Of a DNA stretch of 32,000 nucleotides, positions 1 through 6,950 are shown piece by piece. The position numbers were made by a program, and so were the translations under genes. Each line of letters starts with the position of its first letter. Position 1 is the stretch's first letter. Origin of the DNA: Nitrosococcus halophilus Nc 4 (GTDB taxonomy: Bacteria; Pseudomonadota; Gammaproteobacteria; Nitrosococcales; Nitrosococcaceae); the NCBI RefSeq assembly GCF_000024725.1, contig NC_013960.1, positions 672,261-704,260 on the forward strand, written 5' to 3'. The notes below the pieces were generated by a model that was given only the letters and a program-made list of their open reading frames with translations, did not search any database and was not told the DNA's origin.

Positions 1-1740
1 GGTGATCCTCATGTCAAACGCCTCTATGGCGATGAGCCAGTGAAAGTGTATGAGTTTTTCAAGGACGAGTTCTTTGGTATCGAGCGGACCTTAGCTCAAC
101 TGGTACGTTATTTCCATTCTGCGTCCCTGCATGGGGAGGAAAGTCGTCAGGTGCTCTATCTGATGGGGCCTGTGGGAGCCGGCAAGAGCTCTCTTATCGA
201 GCATTTGCACCGGGGGCTGGAGAATGCAGAGCCTATTTATGCTATCGAAGGCTGCCCGATGCGCGAAGAACCCTTGCATCTTCTACCGCGCCATTTACGG
301 AAGGAATTTGAGAAGATGCTTGATGCGCATATCGAGGGGGATTTGTGCCCCGTATGCCGCTTTCGTCTCAAGGAAGAGTTTGATGGCCGTTATGAAGACG
401 TGCCGGTCATCACCGCAGATTTTTCCAAACGAGATCGCCGAGGTATTGGGGTGGTCCCGCCAGTAGATCCTAATAACCAGGATACCTCAGTGCTCATTGG
501 ATCAGAAGATATCTCCAAACTAGATGTCTACTCCGAAGGCGATCCTCGGGTATTAGACTTAAATGGGGCTTTCAATGTGGGCAACCGGGGTATGGTGGAA
601 TTCATTGAGGTCTTTAAAAACGAGACTGAGTATTTGCATTCTATGATTACGGCTACCCAGGAGAAGTTTGTCCCGGCCCCTGGTCGCCACGGTACCGTCT
701 ATGTGGATACCTGTATCGTTGCCCATTCCAATGAAGCCGAGTGGCAGAAATTCAAAGCCGACCATACCAACGAGGCCATTCTCGACCGGATTGTAGTCAT
801 TAAGGTTCCTTATAACCTGCGCTTGACAGAGGAAATCAAGATCTATGAGAAGCTTTTGCGCCATTCTGATTTCCGGGCCCATATTGCTCCTCATACGCTC
901 GAATTGGCTTCCATGTTTGCTATTCTTTCCCGATTGGAGCCCACCCCTAAATGTGACTTGATGACCAAACTGCGGCTCTATAATGGCGAGGAGGTTGTAG
1001 AGAAAGGAACTACCCTCAAGATCAATGCCAAGGAACTCCAGGAGGCTGCTTCCCGGGAAGGAATGTTTGGCATTTCAACCCGCTTCATTATGAAGGCCCT
1101 GGATAATGCGTTGGCGGATAGCGAAGAGGGGATTAACCCCATCAACGTCCGTGAAGCCTTGATCGCAATGGTCAAACAATCGGATCTGGCGGACGATATG
1201 CGGAAGCACTATCTGGAATTGCTCCAGGATACCTTACATAAGGTCTATCTTGAGATTCTGGAAAAGGAAATTACTAAAGCTTTTGTCTACTCCTATGAAG
1301 AACAAGCAGAGACCTTATTCCAGAATTACTTGGATCATGCTGAGGCTTATGTGAATAAGACCCGGGTTAAGGATCGGGATACGCGGGAAGAATTACAGCC
1401 TGACGAGAATTTCCTCAAGTCAGTAGAGGAGCAGATCGCCATTGTGGGCAGTGCTGCCGAAGGTTTTCGGCAGGAAGTGATCGCCTTTCTCTGGGCGGCT
1501 ACCCGCCGGGGTGAAAAGATAAGTTATCAGTCATACGAGCCGTTGAAGGAGGCCATTGAGAAAAAACTGACCAGTTCGGTGCGGGATTTAAGCCGTATTA
1601 TCACCAAATCCCGGACCCGGGATGAGGAGCAAACCAAGAAATATGATGATTTGCTCAAAAACCTCCTTGAACGGGGCTACAACGAATACTCGGCAGAGGT
1701 GGTGCTGAAATATGCCGCCAACAACCTGTGGAAGGATTAA
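1..1740 (+). CDS. prkA: PrkA/YeaG-family serine protein kinase (5' end lies outside the window)
   Basis: Frame 1 is open from base 1 (GDPHVKRLYGDEP precedes the GTG at 40), so the gene is cut by the window edge. It has a P-loop LMGPVGAGKSSL, and its size and C-terminal half are typical of PrkA/YeaG. It is followed by yeaH and ycgB homologues, the conserved yeaGH-ycgB arrangement. Confidence 0.9.
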   Translation, partial: GDPHVKRLYGDEPVKVYEFFKDEFFGIERTLAQLVRYFHSASLHGEESRQVLYLMGPVGAGKSSLIEHLHRGLENAEPIYAIEGCPMREEPLHLLPRHLRKEFEKMLDAHIEGDLCPVCRFRLKEEFDGRYEDVPVITADFSKRDRRGIGVVPPVDPNNQDTSVLIGSEDISKLDVYSEGDPRVLDLNGAFNVGNRGMVEFIEVFKNETEYLHSMITATQEKFVPAPGRHGTVYVDTCIVAHSNEAEWQKFKADHTNEAILDRIVVIKVPYNLRLTEEIKIYEKLLRHSDFRAHIAPHTLELASMFAILSRLEPTPKCDLMTKLRLYNGEEVVEKGTTLKINAKELQEAASREGMFGISTRFIMKALDNALADSEEGINPINVREALIAMVKQSDLADDMRKHYLELLQDTLHKVYLEILEKEITKAFVYSYEEQAETLFQNYLDHAEAYVNKTRVKDRDTREELQPDENFLKSVEEQIAIVGSAAEGFRQEVIAFLWAATRRGEKISYQSYEPLKEAIEKKLTSSVRDLSRIITKSRTRDEEQTKKYDDLLKNLLERGYNEYSAEVVLKYAANNLWKD

Positions 1741-1794
1741 GGGGGGAGATTGAGTATAGCAATGTCTGAACTGTGTACAGAATATGCCTGAGCG

Positions 1795-2985
1795 ATGAAT
1801 GTTATGACTACAGTGTTCCGTCCTTATTCTCAGTCTGATGCTTTGCGTTCGGACCGTAGTGCCAGAGACCGGTTGCGGCACCGGCAGAAGGTGCGAAAAG
1901 CCATCCGTGATAATGTAGCTGATATTGTGGCTGAGGAGTCCATTATTGGTCAAAGCCGTGATCGTATTGTCAAAGTTCCTATTCGAGGGATTCGGGAATA
2001 CCGTTTCGTTTACGGACGGAATACGCCGGGAGTAGGCACAGGTGAGGGAGATTCGGAGCCCGGCCAAACAGTTGGCCAAGCGTCTCAGGGGGATGGAGGG
2101 CCGGGCCATGCCGGTGACCGTCCAGGCATGGATTATTATGAGACTGAGATCACTCTAGAAGAGTTGATCGAGATCATGTTCGAGGACCTAGAACTGCCGG
2201 ACATGGAGCGTAAGCGTTTCCGTGAGGTGTTGTCGGAGCGCACCAGCAAGCGAAAAGGCTTCCGCCGTGTGGGCGTTCGGGTCCATATGGATAAACGGCG
2301 CACAGCCAGGGCTCGGATTAGACGGCGCCTGGCAAGTAATAAGGCCAGTGAAATTAGCGAGCTAGAACGGCGTTTCCCCTTCCATCGTGATGATATGCGC
2401 TATCACCGGCTACGGGAGGATTTACGCCCCCAGTCGAATGCCGTGGTGCTCTGTATCATGGATACCTCCGGTTCTATGGATACCTTAAAAAAGTACCTGG
2501 CGCGCAGCTTCTTCTTTTTGCTCTACCAGTTTGTCCGTTCCCGTTACGCCCATGTGGATGTGGTTTTCATTGCCCATCACACTAAGGCCCGAGAAGTGAC
2601 GGAGGAGGAGTTTTTTTATAAGGGGGAATCCGGTGGCACTTTTATCTCTTCAGGCTACCACAAGGCTTTAGAGGTTATTCAGAATCGTTACCATCCCTCC
2701 CTATGGAATATTTACGCTTTTCATTGCTCAGACGGTGACAATTTTGATAGCGATAACGCTGCAACCCTAAAGGCTGCCGAAGAGCTATGCCAGGCATGTA
2801 ATTTATTTGGCTACGGCGAAATCAAACCTCGGCCCTCGGGCTTCTATGAGGGGACTATGCTAGATTTATTCCGAAACGTCAGGGCTGATAATTTCCAACC
2901 TGTGTTAATCCAGCGCAAGGAAGATATTTGGCCTAGTTTTAGGCAGCTATTATCCCGAGAGCGGGAGAGTAGTGAATATGAGTAA
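1795..2985 (+). CDS. yeaH: YeaH/DUF444 family protein (vWA-like)
   Basis: 396-aa ORF starting at ATG. Blocks match my memory of E. coli YeaH: ELIEIMFEDLELPDM, VVLCIMDTSGSMD, YQFVRSRYAHVDVVFIAHHTKAREVTEEEFF and AFHCSDGDNFDSD. It sits immediately downstream of prkA. Confidence 0.85.
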   Translation: MNVMTTVFRPYSQSDALRSDRSARDRLRHRQKVRKAIRDNVADIVAEESIIGQSRDRIVKVPIRGIREYRFVYGRNTPGVGTGEGDSEPGQTVGQASQGDGGPGHAGDRPGMDYYETEITLEELIEIMFEDLELPDMERKRFREVLSERTSKRKGFRRVGVRVHMDKRRTARARIRRRLASNKASEISELERRFPFHRDDMRYHRLREDLRPQSNAVVLCIMDTSGSMDTLKKYLARSFFFLLYQFVRSRYAHVDVVFIAHHTKAREVTEEEFFYKGESGGTFISSGYHKALEVIQNRYHPSLWNIYAFHCSDGDNFDSDNAATLKAAEELCQACNLFGYGEIKPRPSGFYEGTMLDLFRNVRADNFQPVLIQRKEDIWPSFRQLLSRERESSEYE

Positions 2986-3017
2986 ATTTTATTCAATAAA
3001 GTGCTGGGGTAGACATT

Positions 3018-4460
3018 ATGGCCAGTCATTGGACGATTAAGGATCTAGAATATTGGGATGCCAAGATTCGTGAAAAAGTCGAGGAATTCGGGCTCTCTTG
3101 CTTTCCTCAGGAGTTTGAAGTATGTGACCATGCTCAAATGCTGGGTTATATGGCCTATTCGGGTATGCCTGCCCATTATCCCCATTGGTCCTATGGCAAA
3201 GCCTACGAGAAGCTCCAGACCCTTTATGAACATGGGGTGAGCGGACTGCCCTATGAAATGGTCATCAACTCAAATCCTGCTTTAGCCTATTTAGTGCGAG
3301 AAAATTCTTTATGTTTGCAAATCCTAACTATTGCCCATGTCTATGGCCATAATGATTTTTTCAAAAATAATTTTACTTTTCGAGATACCCAACCCGAACT
3401 AACTCTTTCTAACTTCAAACTCCGCGCTGATCGGGTGCGGGAGTATATTGAAGATCCTTCCATTGGTCTTGATAAAGTAGAGGCAGTGCTTGATGCGGCC
3501 CATGCTTTATCCCTACAGTGCCGCAGAAACCAAGCAATACGCAAGCTAAGTCCCGAGGAGCAAAAGGAGCAGGTGTTGGCCGCCGCCCATCCTGCGCCTG
3601 ATCCCTATGGAGAATTGCATAAACGGCCTGAGTACGTAGAGCCCGATTTGAATCATTTTCCCTTGTTTCCCGAAGAGGATATTTTGCTCTTTATTCGGGA
3701 TAACAATCCCTATCTTGCTAACTGGGAGCGAGATTTGCTCACTATCGTTCATGAGCAGGCACGTTATTTTATCCCTCAGATAGAAACCAAAATCATGAAT
3801 GAGGGTTGGGCCAGTTATTGGCATCATAAGATTATGAATAGTTTGGGTTTACCCCAGGATCTATACCTTGAATTCTTAGTTCATCACAATCAGGTGGTGC
3901 GTCCCCATCCTGGTGATATTAATCCCTATTATTTAGGTTTTAAAATTTGGCATGATATTTACCGTCGCTGCGAGACCCCCTCTCCAGAAGAAAGGGAGCG
4001 CTACGGCGAACCCCAAATGGGAGGGCATGAGAAAATTTTTCAGGTTCGCGAAGTCGATCGGGATACTTCTTTCTTGCGCCGTTTCTTGACCGAGGCGTTG
4101 ATGCGCGAGATGGATATGTTCGAATACCAGCCTAAGGGAGAAGATCTGGTGATTAGCAAGGTCTCTGACGAGGAACATTGGCGTGAAGTCAAAGAAACCT
4201 TGCTAAAGAGTGTAGGCATGGGGGGGATCCCTGTCATTCGGATCGAGGATGCCGATTATGGACATAATCGGCAGCTCTATCTTAAACACCAACATGATGG
4301 ACGTGACCTTCAGGCAGAATACGCCGAGAGGACCCTCGCCCATCTCTATCAGCTTTGGGAGCGGGATGTGTGGCTAGAGACTCAGCTTAATGATAGGAAA
4401 GTCCGCTTGGGTTATGGGGAGGATGGCTTTGTGCAAAAAACGCTAGGCCGTTTTCGTTGA
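3018..4460 (+). CDS. ycgB: SpoVR/YcgB family protein
   Basis: 480-aa ORF starting at ATG 3018. SpoVR-like blocks are HVYGHNDFFKNN and IMNEGWASYWH. It is the third gene of the prkA-yeaH-ycgB set. Confidence 0.85.
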   Translation: MASHWTIKDLEYWDAKIREKVEEFGLSCFPQEFEVCDHAQMLGYMAYSGMPAHYPHWSYGKAYEKLQTLYEHGVSGLPYEMVINSNPALAYLVRENSLCLQILTIAHVYGHNDFFKNNFTFRDTQPELTLSNFKLRADRVREYIEDPSIGLDKVEAVLDAAHALSLQCRRNQAIRKLSPEEQKEQVLAAAHPAPDPYGELHKRPEYVEPDLNHFPLFPEEDILLFIRDNNPYLANWERDLLTIVHEQARYFIPQIETKIMNEGWASYWHHKIMNSLGLPQDLYLEFLVHHNQVVRPHPGDINPYYLGFKIWHDIYRRCETPSPEERERYGEPQMGGHEKIFQVREVDRDTSFLRRFLTEALMREMDMFEYQPKGEDLVISKVSDEEHWREVKETLLKSVGMGGIPVIRIEDADYGHNRQLYLKHQHDGRDLQAEYAERTLAHLYQLWERDVWLETQLNDRKVRLGYGEDGFVQKTLGRFR

Positions 4461-4475
4461 TCCCAAATTATGGGC

Positions 4476-4504
4476 TTGTCATGAAGTATGATCGTCACTA
4501 TACT
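4476..4504 (+). promoter_or_regulatory. sigma70-like promoter TTGTCA-17 nt-TATACT
   Basis: TTGTCA lies at 4476-4481, followed by an exact 17-nt spacer and TATACT at 4499-4504. The element starts 16 nt after the ycgB stop and about 75 nt upstream of the small ORF at 4578. Confidence 0.4.
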
Positions 4505-4577
4505 ACGCCACTTTAAATTCCCGCCTGGCCGAGGTGCGGGGAGATAAATAACTTAACTTGAAAAAGGAGATTATAGA

Positions 4578-4691
4578 ATGGGAGCAATCCTAGAATTAAC
4601 TGATAAGATATTCACCCCCGTCGGATTTGTCGTGACCATAGCGCTTGTCGCTGGGATTTACTATTTTGTTCGCTGGATCATGAAAGACTAG
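4578..4691 (+). CDS. Small hypothetical membrane peptide, 37 aa (MGAILELTDKIFTPVGFVVTIALVAGIYYFVRWIMKD)
   Basis: ATG 4578 is preceded by AAGGAGA (4564-4570) at 7-nt spacing, and the stop TAG is at 4689-4691. There is one hydrophobic helix, VGFVVTIALVAGIYYFVRWIM. The ORF is below the 60-aa cut-off of the supplied track, and I recognise no homologue. Confidence 0.45.
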   Translation: MGAILELTDKIFTPVGFVVTIALVAGIYYFVRWIMKD

Positions 4692-4784
4692 GATCTAATA
4701 ATTAGGGTGCGCGCAAAAGGGGAGTGGCAAAAGTTATCTTTTGTTACTGGCTACGTTTCCATATAAGCGCGCGCTTTGATTATC

Positions 4785-4849
4785 TTGGGTTAAGTCTAAG
4801 GATTAGTTTCTTAACGAGATAAGAAGTCAGCATCCTACACTTAACCCAA
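4785..4849 (+). other. 65-nt three-tier stem-loop (SL1), candidate structured RNA / 3' UTR element
   Basis: Three nested pairings are present: TTGGGTTAAGT (4785-4795) with ACTTAACCCAA (4839-4849), AGGAT (4799-4803) with ATCCT (4832-4836), and TTCTTA (4808-4813) with TAAGAA (4820-4825). That gives 22 Watson-Crick pairs around the loop ACGAGA. Confidence 0.45.
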
Positions 4850-4855
4850 TGCTAG

Positions 4856-4912
4856 GGGGCGCAAAGGAATTGACGGGGACTATATTAACCGTTGGTGTCT
4901 TTGCGTCTCCCC
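4856..4912 (+). other. Second imperfect stem-loop (SL2)
   Basis: CGCAAAG (4860-4866) pairs with CTTTGCG (4899-4905). GGGG (4856-4859) pairs with CCCC (4909-4912) across a 3-nt bulge. An inner GACGG/CCGTT helix includes a G-U pair. Confidence 0.35.
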
Positions 4913-4923
4913 ACTCGCCACAT

Positions 4924-4949
4924 AGAATTCCCAGTGGGAATTTTTCAAG
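4924..4949 (+). terminator. Rho-independent terminator-like hairpin (SL3)
   Basis: AATTCCC (4926-4932) pairs with GGGAATT (4936-4942) around the 3-nt loop AGT, followed by TTTcaaggTTTT. The T-rich tail exists only in the + orientation. The stem is short (7 bp, 3 GC). Confidence 0.4.
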
Positions 4950-5258
4950 GTTTTGGTGCCGCCACATCTCTTCGCCCGTTCCTGATCTTCCCTTTCTCCC
5001 AACACAATATTTTCATTTTTAAGGTTCGTGCTAGAGACCGTTGTGCAAGCTAAGTAGCATTAAGCTGACGGCATACCTTAATCATTGAAATAATATTCCA
5101 ATGCTAAACCTAAACAGGAAATCCCTTGTTTGTAGCCAGGGAACTAAGTAGGATTAGTAGGAACTAATATAACTAATTTTTAGCTGAGATGCAGGTTCGG
5201 ATATGGGGTTCGAACCGCGGCTAAACATCGAGTTGAACCTTTAATCAAGGTTGTGTGT

Positions 5259-6944
5259 ATGCAAATGATAAGTATACGTCAAGCTTTCTTAGCCATGGTG
5301 ATAGGATTGGGAAGTGTTGCTTTCTTGCTTCCCTCCATGGTGCAATCGGCTCCCTATCAACGACCTCCGGAAGCTGAAAGCTTCAGTCTTGCGGAATTGG
5401 ACAGCGAGCCGATCTGTCCTGAAGTGGATCCCGTCTGGCGAGAGCGTCAGGTGATTGACGGGATTGCTGTGGAAGCCTCGCCTCTTTGTAGCCCGGATAA
5501 CCCGGCAGATATCGCAGCGTTCGTAAAAGGTACGAATAATGTCTCCCATGACACCATTATGGAGACCCAACTTTCGATGGATGCTGTGATCAAAGGTAAG
5601 GACCGGGATGGGGACGGCGATCCGGATGTCATTCATGTTCGGTTGGAAGTGGCCGAATTGAACGGCTTCTCGCCGGATACCCCAGAGCCCATTCCCGCTT
5701 ACTCCATTGCGCCGGGTGTCCAGCCTGGATTGTGGGTTTTTGCCCCTAAGACCCGGGGCATGTCCACCCTTAACTTCGAGAGCATGCAAGCCAATTACTA
5801 CCTGCGGGCGCCATCCCCTGCTATCCGCGTTGAGCAAGGGGATACGATAAAAGTGACTCTCGAAAACACCCACTATTTACCCCACACCATCCATTTTCAT
5901 GGGATTGATCACCCGTTCCTGGACGAAAAGGGCGAGGGGAACGATGGGGTTCCCCAGACTAGTGAGCTGCCCTTGATGCCGGGGGAGAGTCGCACTTATG
6001 AAATGACTCCCCGGCACGCGGGAACCATGCTTTATCATTGCCATGTCCAACCCCACGCCCACATTGGTATGGGATTGATAGGGATGATGGTAGTGGAAGA
6101 AAATCGCCCCAATAACTGGGTTCAGACCCTGAATGTGGGGGGGGGACAGGTGCGCTATCCCTCGGTGGCAGTGAAAGAAACCTATGATCGGGAATACGAT
6201 CTTCTTTATCAAAGTGTCGACCAGTCGCTGGCAGATAAGATTAAGATCGCTAATGACGCGCGCTTAATCGCCCAGGCGATTAACCGGGATTACAATATCA
6301 CTCAAGAGCCGACTAACTATTTTCTGCTTAACGGCCGTTCTTATCCCTATACCCTCCGGGAATCCCTGGTAGTGGTGGAACCGAATGAACAGGTGAAGCT
6401 CCGGATGGCGAATGCGGGTCAAGATCCTATTTATGTCCATAGCCATGGCCATAAGATGACTATCACCGATTATGACGGTGCTCCCCATAACCCGGAAGCC
6501 TGGATCACCCGGGATGTCTACTCCCTAGGGCCAGCCCAGCGCATTGATTTAGCGTTGAATACGACTATTGATGGGTTGCATAGCTATGGGGAAGGGATCT
6601 GGCTGATGCATGATCATACGGAGAGGGCCGTGACCACCGACGGTATCAATCCTGGCGGAGGCGTGACCAATATCGTTTACGAGTCGTTTCTCAGCGAAAA
6701 AGGTTTGCCGCTCGCCAAGGGGGTGGATCTGAAACCCTATTTTAGTAAGCAGTTTTATCAAAGAGAAGTGCCGGTATGGGCGAGCTTTGACCAAGAAAAC
6801 TTGTTTGGTGATGTCAACAAGGCGCCTGCCCAGTTGCAAATCCAGCCAGTTTTAGTTTCTTTTGGGGTAGGGTTGCTGCTCGGAGGTCTCGTCATTGGGG
6901 TTCGCTTGATCAGGACTTTTAGGCGGCGTCCCAAGGAGGTATAA
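5259..6944 (+). CDS. Two-domain-type multicopper oxidase, secreted, with a C-terminal membrane anchor
   Basis: The track ORF begins at GTG 5253. ATG 5259 sits 8 nt after AAGG and is the likelier start. There is a signal peptide ending in ...PSMVQS/APY. Copper ligand motifs are HTIHFHG, YHCHVQPHAHIGM (HCH-x3-H-x4-M, T1 plus T3), VHSHGH and LMHDH. The C-terminal helix PVLVSFGVGLLLGGLVIGVRLI is followed by RTFRRRPKEV. Confidence 0.85.
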   Translation: MQMISIRQAFLAMVIGLGSVAFLLPSMVQSAPYQRPPEAESFSLAELDSEPICPEVDPVWRERQVIDGIAVEASPLCSPDNPADIAAFVKGTNNVSHDTIMETQLSMDAVIKGKDRDGDGDPDVIHVRLEVAELNGFSPDTPEPIPAYSIAPGVQPGLWVFAPKTRGMSTLNFESMQANYYLRAPSPAIRVEQGDTIKVTLENTHYLPHTIHFHGIDHPFLDEKGEGNDGVPQTSELPLMPGESRTYEMTPRHAGTMLYHCHVQPHAHIGMGLIGMMVVEENRPNNWVQTLNVGGGQVRYPSVAVKETYDREYDLLYQSVDQSLADKIKIANDARLIAQAINRDYNITQEPTNYFLLNGRSYPYTLRESLVVVEPNEQVKLRMANAGQDPIYVHSHGHKMTITDYDGAPHNPEAWITRDVYSLGPAQRIDLALNTTIDGLHSYGEGIWLMHDHTERAVTTDGINPGGGVTNIVYESFLSEKGLPLAKGVDLKPYFSKQFYQREVPVWASFDQENLFGDVNKAPAQLQIQPVLVSFGVGLLLGGLVIGVRLIRTFRRRPKEV

Positions 6945-6950
6945 ATAGAA

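Noticed and set aside
4829-4966. A 45-codon minus-strand ORF (MWRHQNLEKFPLGILCGEWGDAKTPT...) across SL2 and SL3.
   Set aside because: It has no adequate SD, and its frame exists only because the hairpins are symmetric. The translation has no motif or hydrophobic segment.
5190-5230. A tRNA-like GGTTCGAACC (T-loop look-alike), suggesting a tRNA gene or fragment.
   Set aside because: The flanks cannot form a T-stem on either strand (TGGGG against CGCGG; CGCGG against CCCAT). No acceptor or anticodon arms can be drawn.
5289-5873. Long ORFs antisense to well-supported genes: 5289-5873 (-), 7155-7724 (-), 8248-8895 (+), 10091-10615 (-), 16499-16975 (+), 1588-2109 (-), 28992-29486 (+), and the many 60-120 aa ORFs in the track.
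   Set aside because: Each overlaps, on the opposite strand or in another frame, a gene with clear family signatures. Their translations are low-complexity, Arg/Ser/Pro-rich and have no recognisable motifs or RBS. They are typical shadow ORFs.
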